Below the pieces are notes generated by a model. That model searched no databases and was not told the DNA's origin. It worked only from the letters and a program-made list of their open reading frames with translations. A program made the translations under genes and the position numbers. A stretch of 62,515 nucleotides of DNA, counting the filler, from Rhabdomonas costata (lineage: Eukaryota), in the NCBI GenBank assembly GCA_019059605.1. It is 16 parts of 16 records of this genome, joined end to end, with 100 filler letters (N's around TTAATTAATTAA, not from the genome) between each part and the next. Parts side by side here need not be neighbours in the genome. Positions count along the whole stretch, not along the records: positions 1 to 3,899 come from JAHMHO010000504.1; positions 4,000 to 7,878 come from JAHMHO010000505.1; positions 7,979 to 11,803 come from JAHMHO010000506.1; positions 11,904 to 15,718 come from JAHMHO010000507.1; 12 more parts are not named here. One strand, given 5' to 3'. Below, piece after piece: positions 1-13,421 of this stretch. The stretch's first letter is position 1, and each line of letters starts with the position of its first letter.

Positions 1-2289
1 TTTTGGGGGGAAACAGAAATCTTTCGAGTTTGAGCGCATGGTGTCAGAACACCACACACATAGACCACCTCGATTTCTGTTTCCCCCATAAATAGGGTTT
101 ACAGCATTTAACACTGGTTTTACAACCAAGTAGTGTGAAGCCATGAGGCCAAGTTGGATGAAGGAAGTGATATGCCAAATGCCGAAAAGTATGACACTCA
201 CGCAGCCAGGAAGAGGCGAGGATACCTCGCTCGCTTCCGCTTCACGGCAAGCGTGGAGTGAGTTCTGGTCAGACCGCGCCCCATTTTATTTCTGCCGCAA
301 AAAAAAAACGAGGCCTGGTGAAGACAAAGGCAGTATTTAGGAAAAACGTGACTATCAAGGTGATATTAACATCAATCTTACAAGAAAGTGAAGGGCACCG
401 ATCAGCTATCTAAGCAAATTAGGCGGGGAACAGAGACTGTCAACAGCCTGCGTGCCTCTCTCTTTGCATGATGAAACGTGTCGGTGGCGCTATATCTCCA
501 CACTTAGATGGGTTTAACAATGAGCTAAAGTCCAAACAATTTTCACGAAAAAGCTGAACCACTGCAGATTTGCTTCTGCTTAACCACAACGTTTCTCCTG
601 GAAACGCAAGCTGCTGCATTAATGTATAAAAAGCAACCCCTCGCCACGATCTATCCCTTTGTGGCCCTTCAGAATCATTCAGAAATGTGTAAAGAATTGG
701 CGAATCGGCTTGTCGAATGGGCGGTGAAAGGACACTACTATGTGAATATGAGATTCGCATAAGGATTCGGCACCAACCACGGAGATGATTGTCTGCCGAA
801 CGCTAAGTCTCTTTTCCCATAGATGGCAGAGTTGAAAGGAAAATACTACGTCACATAACTCTCCAGTTCTAACACCAAAGATTCACATGATGCGGGCTTG
901 TCCCAGCAGGCAAAGGCAAGGTCCTTTTTCTCGTCTTATGTGCACGTTGGGGATGGCTAAATAGCAGCCGCCACAGGCACAACACCGGCAACGGTTTCAC
1001 CAAAGGGACGTTTCGGGCTCACTGGTGTGTGGTGAAGAACCGTATCCCAAGAGACAAGCGCATTCGATTAAAAAACTGAAAGGTGCCAGAGTGTTGTAAC
1101 GTAACCATCATCGAAATCGTCGTCACGCTGATCGGGGCAGTCACTGTCGTGTGCACTAGCTTGCAAATGCCAATTGCTCTCAACGTGAATAAGAGGAACG
1201 CTGGAGTTGTACGGCCAAAGGCAAGCATGCCACCACAAGAGTGACACTCGAAGATCGGATGACCATCAATCAAAAGAGGCAAGACAAGTATATAATGCAA
1301 TGGCATATTGGCTCGCCGCCCTCGGCCATTTGCAACCTTCGGCGGAAAAAGCCAAAACAACTGGGGGGGGGGAGAGATCCTACTCACAAGGCCACATTCG
1401 ATTTCGAGGGATACAGTATTCAAACGCCCATGTAAAAAGGTGCAGCCCCAGTACGAACGGTAATGCCAGGGGTCAACGAAGAATCAAAGCGCCCACATCA
1501 GGGACTAGCTAGCTCGCAGAGGCAGTCGCGGAACGCTTGGTCACCTGACAAACAACCAAAAAGCGAACAAAAATTATCATGCGCACGCGACAATTCCAGT
1601 GCACAAAAACGCACCCTGAGGCAACAAGAGCTCAGGTGTCAGACCAGTGACAGTCAATGGCAACTGTATGCTCAACTGGCACATACCTCCGCAGGAGGAG
1701 CAAAACATAACATCTCAATCCACACAAGCGAAGAAGAGGCAGGGCTCATAGCCGTACTCAAGTGCGCGCACCAAAGCACACCTTTCTGCGTGCAGTCACC
1801 CTTGTGCGCCTTTGCTGGTACTCCACACTGCGGAACTCGCTGTGCCGAGCCACCTGAACCTGCACGGAATGAGCAACTAGGGTAATGTACTACCAAACAA
1901 AACCAGTAACCTGTGCAGTCAAGACGTGTTTACATTTAGAGAAGAAACAACGAAAGTACTGAACACTTTAACCAAAGGAATGGCCAAATCAAGAAGCAAT
2001 GCGAAAAGAGCACGCCGCCAAAACCGCATTAACATACTTCAGCTGCCTGTTCTTTCCCCTTACTGCTGGACGCCTGAGGAAAGGTGGAGATAATGCAAAA
2101 TCAAAAAACAGCGGTAATATCGGGCACGGTGCTGGTTAATGGCTGAGAGCTCCCTAAATGAAGTCTGTCCAAACTGGTTACGCGGATGTCCTCAAGCTCA
2201 GTAGGCCGTGACGGTTTTCATGCAACGCTAGGTTGCATCTTTCCCAGGCCGGCGTGCCTCTTCATCAATGATCGCTCTGGTCTTAAAGA

Positions 2290-3060
2290 CCTTCGGCTGA
2301 AGGTGCAAGTGATTGTCTTGCGCGTCGTACCTGTGCAAGAACCTCGCCAGAGGAGCTCTGAGCTCCCAGCAACTCCCGAGGTGACTGTACGAGAGCGAAA
2401 AAAAAGAAAGAGGCGTCGGACACAGTCCTGCTCACTGTCCCGCCCTCAACAACCATGCTATTCAACCTCAGGCTATTTTCGGCGTGGCGCAATCATTTTT
2501 ACCACCAAACCATAAGTTCTACGTTTACACTGTCACCAACAATGCCACCTAGAAAGTGATTCATTTCACTCCCGACAACACCTGCGGCTGGATGAAACCA
2601 TAAAAAAAGCTGAAATGGTCTTGATGACTGCCTGGAGCACGGCTTTAGTCCTTTCCTTCTGTCCCCACAAAGCATCCCTTCCAAACCCCCAATTCTTCGT
2701 GTGTTCTGCATATGCTCCTCTTTATTCCAATGAATCACTGCGTTTGTCAGCTTGCTGCTTTAAATAGAAGAAGGTTGTTTGGGAGACAAGCAAAGTCATG
2801 CACTTACCTCACGATAATCTTCTGCCCTGTCTGCCCGGGTTCCAGCGGCCTGCACCTGCACCGCAATACAAAAGATAAAAGCTGCACAGGGATTCATCGC
2901 CTTCTGACGGCTTCTCCAGAGCACCAATAATCAATGGACAGTTCCCAGACAGTTTCGTGCAAGGTTACAGTCCATATGGGTCGGGTGGAAACCCTTTTCA
3001 AGGTTACAAAAGCGGTAAAAGCTGATGAATGAAGTCGGCTCGAAAAATTTCTGAACGCTG

Positions 3061-3098
<38 letters not shown>

Positions 3099-3165
3099 GC
3101 GGGAGGACAGCAGTAGCAGCAGCAGTCTCGCAGCCTTGCACACAGCGTTTTCTTGGGCCGACCCT
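2290..3165 (-). CDS. Small exons of an unidentified multi-exon protein gene
   Basis: Short GC-rich segments flanked by YAG acceptors and GT donors can be read as GRPKKTLCARLRDCCCYCCPPAR / VQAAGTRADRAEDYRE / VRRARQSLAPSAE. No recognisable family; frame uncertain. Confidence 0.3.
3063..3094. repeat. (AC)n microsatellite
   Basis: Perfect AC run. Similar tracts at about 4119-4148, 26200-26223 and 43696-43730. Confidence 0.95.
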
Positions 3166-3855
3166 GTGAAATACAAACAACGATCGAATCAAAATTCGCA
3201 ACCAAGGTCAGCGCGTTCCGGTGAAAGGGAAAAAGGGAAATGTCCCCCCCCCCAAATAGGCAGTTTACATCTCCGAACCCGTGATCGTCTGCAAAGCAGA
3301 ACAAATGAGAAATCAGAGGCAAAACTGTATATAAAACTTTGCAGTCCACAAAAAAAGAACGCCACTGGTTCAGAGAAAATCTCGATACCATATGTGAAGC
3401 TCGTAATAAGATAATCAAAAACACTATTTTTGGAAAAGAATTTCCAGTCCCAAAAACCACCAAACCAAAAACCACCAAATGGGGCATTCCGGGCCAACCT
3501 TTACTAAGCAACCACCTATCCTTTGCGTCGACGGTCCGGATTAATGGGCATGCAAAAACTTTATGAAACTTCGACTATTTCATCAAAAAAGCCCAGCTCA
3601 ATTTTTCCGCATACACATGTATGCTGAGAGTTTGTTCATTATTTAAGCGTTGCCCAAGTGCGCACCCTGCGTTGCATTCCACGCCTTAGCTGAGTGCATT
3701 GTACCACAAGTCCTCCCTTTCTATGCTGCCGGAAATCAGTTCATTTCATCTAAACTGTGAACACACGTGCGTATGTATACATCACACCCCACTTTTCAGT
3801 ACGTTCGTTCCTCACTTCGTTTCGTTTTTCGTTTCGATTCGTTTCGGGAACAGAA

Positions 3856-3856
3856 A

Positions 3857-3887
<31 letters not shown>

Positions 3888-3899
3888 GCACACACACAC
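3856..3899. repeat. (ACGC)n/(AC)n compound microsatellite at contig end
   Basis: Visible directly. The reverse-complement version (GCGT)n(GT)n is at about 8336-8372. Confidence 0.95.
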
Positions 3900-3999
3900 N
3901 NNNNNNNNNNNNNNNNNNNNNNNNNNNNNNNNNNNNNNNNNNNTTAATTAATTAANNNNNNNNNNNNNNNNNNNNNNNNNNNNNNNNNNNNNNNNNNNN
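3900..3999. other. Artificial contig spacer (first of 15)
   Basis: 44 N + TTAATTAATTAA (stops in all six frames) + 44 N. Identical 100-nt spacers start at 3900, 7879, 11804, 15719, 19644, 23553, 27459, 31364, 35259, 39162, 43058, 46962, 50851, 54741 and 58628. Contigs are 3787-3899 nt, roughly sorted by size. Confidence 0.99.
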
Positions 4000-4116
4000 T
4001 TTGTGGGGCTCGGCGATGTGGTGTTTCAGCGCAAGCACCTGATTGTTTTTTTTTTCGGCCGGGAGGTGGTAAGCGGCGCGAAGGGTTGTTAAGCTGGGCC
4101 CCGCCCGCTACCTCTG

Positions 4117-4150
<34 letters not shown>

Positions 4151-7100
4151 AGGGTGGATACTGTCAGGCACTCAAGTCGGATCGAATCCATGTCACGGTC
4201 TCGATTAGGCGTTTGACTGAAGACAAATCTGACTCCACCCCAACCAGACCTTCCCCTGTGGAACATGGGGGTCAGCAGGTGCCTAGTTGGGGATGTAGGT
4301 TGCCTCGGCGCGCCTGAATGGCTGGAGTCTCGTTCCGCGGCGAAACTTTGGATGGCTGTTAGAAAGTGTCACACACACACGCACACAGAAACACATCGTG
4401 TTTATGAGGAAGGGGGATATCTGAGGGCAAAACCGAGGCCGGGTATTTTCTATGTAAAATCCGAAACGCCCCAGGAGGATCCTTTCACTACCAGGGCGGT
4501 ACCCACCCGTCCCTTGACGTCTCTTTCTTCCATTACAGCGTACAGCCCTCTGACGATCTAGGCCATTTATGACCCCCCCCCCCTTTTTTTTTTTGAAAAA
4601 TTTAGTTGTTTGTTTCCCCAGCGCTGCTGAGGGTTATCGGCGGAACCCGCAACGTACACCAGGTGCCTTTTGACTTGGCGTCGTCCCGGTCTGCGGGTTT
4701 TTATGTTTGGGTTGGTTCTCGAAGACGCGGGATTCGAAAGATGAACAGCGCCGACAGAGAAATTGACGAATGTTTCTTGCACAGCCCCGGGCGTTCTGCA
4801 GTTCAGAAGTTCAGGAGTTCAGGAGAAAGCGTAATGAGCAGACAACAATGTTGGGGAATGGGGACAGAGTGGTGAGAAATATAAATGACCTATATACTCA
4901 ACAAAAACCTTTTGGCTGTAAAGTGCCGGATTGGCGCGAAGGGCGGCAATCTCCTTGATAACCTGTGGTGAAAAGAAGAAAATCTTTTACGGAGGTTGAG
5001 CCATGACGCTCCCAGGAAACCGGGGAAACCAGCGATGAAGCGCATTCGCATTCGCCGGGAGAAGTGCGCGGTATGCATTAAGAGAAAATTTCCCAGAGGC
5101 CATGGGAATCACGACACTGGATGCGCAGCCGCCGCGAAAAAGCACAAGGTCTTTCTGGCATTGAAGCTCAAGTCTACCACGCAGCTCCACACAAGCTCCG
5201 AAGAAAACTTTCAATTCATTGTCGGTATGCCGCACAAGTGAAGCAGCACGGAAAAAATACATTTACGGTACAGGAACACAGCATACAGAATCAAACCATG
5301 TACTAAACGGATGATTAGGTGGGGAACTACTTGAAGTATTCTAGTGATTTGGAATTTGCTGTGCGTCCCAGATGAATGCTCCTGATTTTATTTATTTCTT
5401 TGGAGAATGGGGCGTGGTTAATGCTATCCAAAAGTAGCTCATTGTTCTAGCCTTGGAGCCGAGCGTTGATCTGTTTCGGCGGGCTTCGGCGACGAGCGGG
5501 ACAGCAGTACTGTATGGAAGGAGCATTTTGTTGAGGTGGGCATTCGCCCCTGGTGGCGTTCGTAATGCAGTAACTTTAATCTCTCTAGCATGACCCTCCC
5601 CCCTTACCCGAGAAAAGCCCCGTCCCCATGACTCGAGACACGGTTACACTGAAGCCGGGGCGTTCGGAGGTGCAAAATGATGTGGTGTGGTGCACCACGA
5701 CATATGCTCCCCTCTCTCACCATCCACTAGAAAGGCTAATCCACCAAACCCCGGCTTCTTCAGCTTTGCTTCACAGTGGAGACAAGGCTCCCAGAACCAC
5801 AATCATTTTTAATAAACTCGCGAAAATGTTAAGATCTAAAACTGAGGGCTTGCTGACACACTTAACCCCAACCTCTTCTTTTTGAAGCAACCAAAGCTCC
5901 CTGAACATCTTCAGTTACCATTCCTGGCAAAGGTGAGTACTGGTTCTTCCTCCACCCCTAAGTTCAATTGGGCCGACGCAGGGGACACAAGACAAGAAAA
6001 AAGTAGGGGCGTGACCGCGTGCTCGGTTTCCAGGAGTTCGGCGGAAAAGGCCATCAGCTCCGCACGGGTGAACCCCTGAACGAGCTCCTTCCCCATCCCT
6101 GTGGTGCGGAGAATTCGTTGGAGTTGAAGGGAGGAGGGCCACAAACCACAAGGCACACCTAGAGTCGTTTCAAAGAAAGCCCAATGACACCCAGAACAAA
6201 CATATAAATCGCTGCTGGCACACCGACGTGCAGGTGGGCGGATGGTGTGTCCGATGAAAAGCCAGTGCAAAAATAAGGTCCTTCCAAGCCTCTCTACAGG
6301 CAGGAATGGCCCAAAAACATCCCAAAATGGCCCTTAAAGGGCCTCTAGTGGCTCTAAACCGAAGCATTCCTGCCCACTCCGGTGCCAGCATGAAGTACTC
6401 CAGGGCATGCTAAGCAGGCCCGGCTCAAAGCTTAGGCTCAGTGTGTCCTTAAAACGGCCAAAATGGGACCTTGAAGGGGATATATCTCGGCGTAGAGAAG
6501 GACTCCGAGGCCGGGAAGCGGCCAACCAACTCATCTCAAGAGTACTACCGTACCACCAAATATGAGCACCAACCCGTCACTCTAGCTCGTCAATGAAGTC
6601 AATGTTAAGTCTCTGGTTCGGTCCGGTCAGGTCCGGGAGTGACCATGGAGGATGTCACAATACAGATAGGGCGAGGTTTGAGCCGAATTAAGTGGTCCTA
6701 CCCCCCATTTTCGATGAGGCCCCGATTGGTGAGGTTCCGGAGGTCGGCTGAAGAGGCTAAATAAGCTCACCTGGAAGAACCCCCAGAACAGCGATAGGAG
6801 AAAGAACTGTACATCCAGAAGGGCAAGCGGCTCGGACATAAATCAGCCTCCCTCACGATCCCTCATGGCTGATGCGCAGGCAAACATCGCCACTATGCTG
6901 CGAAGCGCACTGACAGACGGCGCAGAGGACTCTCCGGCAGAAACAATGGACGGGAGAACAGCTGAACCTTGAGCGGCAGCACCCTGCTGAGTGGACCGAG
7001 GGAGAGTCGCCACCTCTTCCTGCGCACGCGCGCGCCCCTCATGACTCGCAAGCGGCGTCGTTGCGGCGCAGACAAAGGAATGCACGTTGCCAAAGGAAAG

Positions 7101-8559
7101 GCAAACAAACAGTCAGTATGCTTTGGCAAGCCATCAGATCAGGAGCGCATGAAGCAGTTGTTTTCTGAACCGGCCCTCTGGGGTGCCAAGATCGTTCACG
7201 CGACTCTCAAAGACTGTGCCACCGGAGCGGAGAAGACTGAGTGTCAAGCAGCTGGACACACAAACAAAATGCATGCCCCTTCTCGAATTTCCGGGAGGTT
7301 TACCTGACCAGAAACAATTCGATAGACGTGGACGTCCTTCACTTCGTTCTCGTCCGGAAGATCCTCCACGCCTGCCATCAAATTGGGGAAAGAGCCAAGG
7401 AAGACAGAAAGCCCATTGAGAAAGGTTCGACGCAACTCCAAACTCCAAAAAATTTGCAGCTCTTCATTACATCGCAAAATCATAAAGCACTCGCTGGCAA
7501 AGAAATAAGGGCTGCTTTCCCGTGAATCAAGTTTAGAACATAGTGATCGGTGCTCGAGGTGGGAACATAAAAAACGCGGAGAAGGATTCGCCCACCCCCC
7601 TCACACACACCTGTCACATGCATCTTTGCCTGCGAAGAAAAAGAAATCAGAAAGGTGCTCCGAGAAACGCCAAACGGAAAGGATCAACATGACAATTTCT
7701 TTCAATGCCACGGAACATGACCTTCAATAGCGAAAAATCCAACGTGCTTGCACTCCCTATCTAAAAGCTCTAATTGGAAAACAGAAAGAGGAGCCGAAGC
7801 AAAATGACGGCAGGCGACGGCCGATACTGGTCGCAAACCCAAACCGTTGAGTAACCACACAACCAAACACACCCCACANNNNNNNNNNNNNNNNNNNNNN
7901 NNNNNNNNNNNNNNNNNNNNNNTTAATTAATTAANNNNNNNNNNNNNNNNNNNNNNNNNNNNNNNNNNNNNNNNNNNNGTGTTGGGTGTGGTTGGGTTGT
8001 GGGGGCATGGCGGTGGCTGAGGCAACGCACAATGTAATGTGAAGGGGCGGACTGGAGGAGAAGGTATGTGGCATTGGAGGAGGTGGTGCGGTGTACGTCA
8101 GTTCATCCTACGTACGCTCCCATCCAGACACACCACGGCGGGGAAATACGGGCACACCTCAACGGTGCAAAACACTGCCGCACCAATCGCTGCTCCAGCC
8201 GCAGCTCCTGAGAAAACCACCGCGGCAGACAGGTGTGCAGAAAGGAAACGAAAATCCGTGTATGTCTGTGTATGTCTGTGTGTGTTGTTGTTTCTTTGTT
8301 GTTCCCCTTGTTTTCTTCTTGGGAAGACAAGAGCAGTGCGTGCGTGCGTGCGTGCGTGCGTGTGTGTGTGTGTAGCTGGTGCGTGCCGGCGAGAGGAGTA
8401 CATAAACAATTGGCACGGATCCAGTCTTAAGTGGCTCCTAAGACTGAATCACCTCACAAGACCCGAAACGGCAACTTCTGAGAGCACCCCGCTGGGAAGT
8501 AAGGCACAGCGGAACACCATGGACGTCACGGTAAAACCCGTGCTGACTTGCTGACGAGC

Positions 8560-9462
8560 TCACACACTGGTCCCAGTCAAATTCACGGGGCAGGACACCA
8601 GCAAGTGGAGGCAAAACGAGAGGTGATGGTGGGAAGCTACACAAATAATACCCGCAACAGCCACCACTAACAGCCTCATGGTGTTCGTAGTGCAGGACTC
8701 CCAAATCGCCAACCCATGGCGGGAAAATGCCCCTTCCTTCCGACCGCGGGCCACCACCCATGTCTGCAACAGCAGCCGCGCCAGAGTGACCGTGGGCCCC
8801 AGGAAAGTCAGGGAGGATTCCCCACCTCCCGTTGCCACCGAGCAGCACACGAGGGAGCTCAGTCCTGCCCAGCTCAGGGTGCACGTGTGCTGCAAAAGGT
8901 GCAGCACGGGGCTCCACCGGCGAATAGCCACGGCGTGCTTACTGCGGCATGAGAGAGAAATGGTCGTCGTTTGGGTCCCAAACCCCCAACCCACCCACTC
9001 CGTGAATCACGGTTTTGATGTCTAAGAAACATCTCTCCCTGAGGCTTTCTCATACAAGGAAAGGCGCGTTCAGAAAAGAAAAGTGCAGCGGCCCTTCTTC
9101 AACATGACACGGAATCAGCGACGATGGAGATACGGAGATGAAGCATGCATGCAACCAAGAGATGAGTTGGACGTCTGCTGGCGAACCAGTCAACCACAAA
9201 CCCATGCCCATGGTGCCAAAGTGAAGCAGGGCTGAAACAAAAAGGGTTGCACAAGGAAAGCAGCGGAAGCAGGGAGAGGCCAGACAACCCGGCCGCGTCA
9301 ATCAGAGTCCCGCCCAGGAGCAATAGAACCCCGCCAAGAACCAGTCGAGTGAGCCCCAGCGGGCTCGCATGACTCCCGCAGCACCCCTGCGCGATTCCTA
9401 CGCCGCAAAGCACGGCCAGCGTGGAGATCACTGCAGGGGCCACCGTAGGCGGCAGGGCTTGG
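8560..9462 (-). CDS. Exons of a multi-pass membrane protein, weakly reminiscent of the HGSNAT-like acyltransferase C-terminal half
   Basis: Hydrophobic exon (PAVISTLAVLCGVGIAQG...RLVLGGVLLLLGGTLIDAAG) joins by GT-AG in frame to KHAVAIRRWSPVLHLL...SWAGLSSLVCC. Family resemblance is weak. Confidence 0.3.
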
Positions 9463-11903
9463 GCCTGAAACGTGTGAGGGGACCCCATGACACATCCCCC
9501 AATCATCACAAATCAAAATCGAAAGGCAAAACCCTGTGCTGTGGCAACACCGTGCTGCACCCTCACCGCACGCGACAACCCTGAATCCTGCCTTGATTTG
9601 TCGCCGTTATTGCTCTGTTCGAGCTCACAATCCACTTTACTTTCGGTTTTCAGTTCAGATGTCAAGTTGTGTCTCCCGCTGAAACATTGGGGAAAGAGAA
9701 AGGTTTTTTTACTCTGTTTCACCATCTCATTCTTCTAGAGCTTGAACGTCTGAACAAACACAGCATCTTGGGACCCACAGTTGCTGTGAGGAACTGCAAA
9801 TTCCCACCGCCGAGTGTCGGGCTCTCAGGTGAGCTCTCATTGTCTTGGGCAGGTAAAAACAACACAAAAAAGATATTTTGCGATTTGGACAACGGTCTAC
9901 ACCGACAGGGGGAACGGAGTGGGGGGTAGGGTAGCTGAGACACCAGACAATTTGAGATCCAGCCAAGACAGGTCGGCCGGGTGTCGGGCTGGGGCTGTGG
10001 AAACTGCGAGAGGCTCAGCGCATCGGCCTCCGTGACCAAAACAGGGCCCATTCCAAAAACAGTTGCGGTACGTGTCGTCCGCTGCAGCGATTGCAAAGCT
10101 CGTGAGGCACAGAAGAAACAAAAATTACAGAAAAGAACAAGAAATGCAAAAGTCTCTTGCTAGGCTTTGCGATGTGACACGAAAGGTAGACGTGTACGCG
10201 TACCAGCAATTCGGGTCGATGCAAGCTGTCATGCCGAAACCCCCTCTTCTAGATACGAACACATTCATTTTGTTATACAGTTTTATTATTTCCCTTTGTG
10301 TGATCTTTGACACCTCAGGGAACCAACCACTAGAGGGCAAAGCCGAAGCAGGCCCGGGGTTTATTCTAAGGCAATGGGCTTCCCTAGAGGCTGCGTGCTT
10401 TTGCTGAACTTCACGCGAGATGCCACAACTGGCCTAAGACCTAAGGCAGCTAAAGTTCCTCCTGCTCAGAAGCGAGAACCTCTTGATCAAGGTTTTCACA
10501 TCAAACAGTGAAAAAAAAACATATGAAAAACTTACGAGAACAACACAGTTGCGGAGTCATACGAGAGTAACAAATTGAAGAACCCGTTTCCCCATCGGGC
10601 TCCCAAGACCAGATAGATGCAGGATCACTCACAAAGGCTTCAATGTGGCAAACTGCAAGTCGAAAAAGCATGCCAGCCGTCCATCATCCAGCACCGCAGC
10701 ATCCTAATCACCCATCAGAGAGAGAAGTTAAATCCAGGAAGGGGATGGGCTGCAATTACAAAGGACACACGGCAATACACAAGACATTGTCAACGCTGGC
10801 CACACTACTAAATACCAGTCCCCCCTTCTCTGGTTCCACAACCATCCCGCCAAAGTAAAAGTAAAAAGTAATGACAAGACAAAATGAAGAGCTCAGAAGC
10901 CCCGGAGTGCATCGCAAAAGAAGACCTTGTGTGTGTGAGGAAAGAATGCTCAACTGAAGAAAAGAAAATAGAGGCAATGTGATGAGATATATGGAAGAAA
11001 ATGATGCAAGCAATGAAGAGTGCAGCGATGGAGTGTATACAAGAGCAGCTGGGACCAAGATGGATAAGGCATCGGATGAGATCAAACGATGTGGTGGCAG
11101 TGGAGCATTGCATGGAGCAATGTTAGAGAGGAGAGGTTTGTCATAGTAGGATACGGAGAAAATCGACGGCAGACCAGAGAGAAGAAGAAGACCATCAAGA
11201 ACAAGGCAGCTGACAAGCAATGACATGAAAAGAAAGAAAAAAGATGGTGACCTTTTCTTTTTTTCTTATACCAAATAAGTATTTGGTGTGGTTTGGTGTG
11301 TTGTGCTGATTTTGGGACAAGCTGTGGACGTGTGTGGTTGGGATGTTTTGATTGTGCCGCCGCTCCATTTGAAAGCCAAAGAGAAAGGAGGTAAGTGGGT
11401 TTGGAGGTAGAGTGCATTTGAATTGCTACCTGACCGTAGGTTTCCCATTTCACCACAAGTCACCCTACAACGTTGGCAACGCGGTGCTGCATAAGATCCC
11501 ATCCAGACAAATTAGTCACAGAACGTGACAGGGAGCTTTTGCCTTGCCACCATTTATGGAGGCTTTGGATCCTCCTGCAACCCAAGCCCAAGCTCCCGGC
11601 TTCGTTTTTTGCGGCTATTTGTTGTGATTGTGTCTTTCGATATAATTAAATACATCCTCTGCGAGCCGCCATCACGCATCTCCAGCATCTCCCCCATCTC
11701 CCCCCATCCCCAACACCCGGGCTTCCCATCGGGATCGTCAAGCCAGAGAGCGGCACGCCACCCGAGGTCACTTGTGCACACACAACCCAAACACACCCAC
11801 CACNNNNNNNNNNNNNNNNNNNNNNNNNNNNNNNNNNNNNNNNNNNNTTAATTAATTAANNNNNNNNNNNNNNNNNNNNNNNNNNNNNNNNNNNNNNNNN
11901 NNN

Positions 11904-11920
11904 GTGGTGGGTGTGTTTGG
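11904..11920 (+). other. Whole-genome-amplification primer remnant GTGGTGGGTGTGTTTGG
   Basis: The same 17-mer starts contigs at 11904 and 15819 and ends one, reverse-complemented, at 11787-11803. Most other contigs start G/T-rich and end C/A-rich. Confidence 0.8.
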
Positions 11921-13421
11921 GTTTTTGGGGGAAGAACCGATGTGCGATGGAAGGGAGAGAATCGGTTGTTTGCCTCATCTCATCGAATGCGGAGGGGGCA
12001 TCCGCATGTCTTATTTCTTTTTGGATTGTGATGGCGATCTGGGATGAAAGAAAGGTGAGGGGCTTTGCGTGGTGTTTGGGTGTGTGGTTGGTGCGTTCAG
12101 GACATGTGCTGAGGACTTATGAAATGCAGCGTAGATTTAGGACTGCCTGAAAACGGGGGGCGGTGATTAATTCCTGTGAGTCGAGCAAGAGGTCTCCAGT
12201 AAACTTACATAAAGCTCGCAGTCTCTGTCAATACCAAAACCATAATAATTGGCGAGAGGAGGTTATAGCTATTCCAAAATTCGGTCCGAGGATTTCAGGA
12301 TTATAAATTTGGCCTAAATAATCCGATTTTTGGGGATCCCTGGGTTGGTGTGTCTGCCATTGCGAGGAAAGGTCCTGCCATGGTAGCGCATCCACTGCCT
12401 CTCCTTTGGGAAGGTTTTGGGTTTCTAAACAGCGGATGATGAATTATTCCTGATTCTCCTATTGTTCGAGGTCCCCAGGCAGTCACCCGAGTTTGATGGT
12501 GGTGTCTTTAATTTGTGGTGTCCCCATCAGCCTTTTATGATTTGATACGTTTTATGGTAATCGCCTGTGGGGATTAGTCTCCTCGTTTCATCTCCGGATA
12601 TGCCAAAAGTCAGGAGAGAGAGGTTCTTCTCTCTGTGATACTGGTTGCCTGCTGGAGTCAAGAGTTCTGTGCCTCGTTGCCCCTCAGGCTGACCCGATTG
12701 GCGTCCTTTGCATTGTGCTCTGCTTCACTTCGACTAATGTGTGTATGAGGGCGTTGTTGCAGGTGTGCTGTGCTGTGCTGTGCGTTGTGCTTTGCGTGTG
12801 CTTTTCTGCTTTGTAGTGGCGATTCTGCCGACCGCCGGGGATAACGGCGTAAGGGATTGTGCGTGTGTGCGCGTGAAATGGTTCCTCGCCCCTTTGGTGG
12901 CGTTCACCCCTTCTCCCGCCCCGCACACAGCCACAGCTGTCGGGGTGTGTACGGACTGCTCGTTGTGATTGCTCCAGGCACAAACTCTCTGCAGTGAGGA
13001 GAAGGCTTCTTCTTTGACCGCTGTGAAATACAAGAAGCAATTTGCTGGAAAAATCCTGGGAAGAGCACTGTTGTAGAATGATAATGTTACCAAATGTTTT
13101 ATTAATAGCTGTGATGCCACCAGCAAAACGTTTTACTCACTGACCCATTCGTCTTTACCCCAACCCCTGTTGTCCCGGGTATCCAGACACGGGGTACTCC
13201 GACGTGTTGTATACCTCGGCAACGAGATCCATTACCACGAGCGCTTTCAATTCTCTTCAATTTGACGCACATGTACATTTTTTTGTCTTTTCGTCTTTTT
13301 CTGCGCTCCCTTCCTCCTTTGTATTTGCCGATGTAGATGTGCGTCCGACATTTTCCTTTTCTTCTCTTTTATACCTTTTCTGTTAACGGTCTTCAAACTC
13401 GCTTGCTATTCGGACTGCGGC

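Noticed and set aside
2255-2857. Kinesin-like reading CRPLEPGQ...KVFKTRAIIDEE
   Set aside because: No P-loop or switch motifs follow, and an alternative frame splices equally well.
4000-7878. Scattered ORFs and a possible dispersed repeat element at about 6280-6720
   Set aside because: No domain, terminal repeat or second copy is visible in the window, so it cannot be supported.
7850-8005. G/T- and C/A-rich contig ends as telomeres
   Set aside because: There is no tandem unit such as TTAGGG; amplification primer explains them better.
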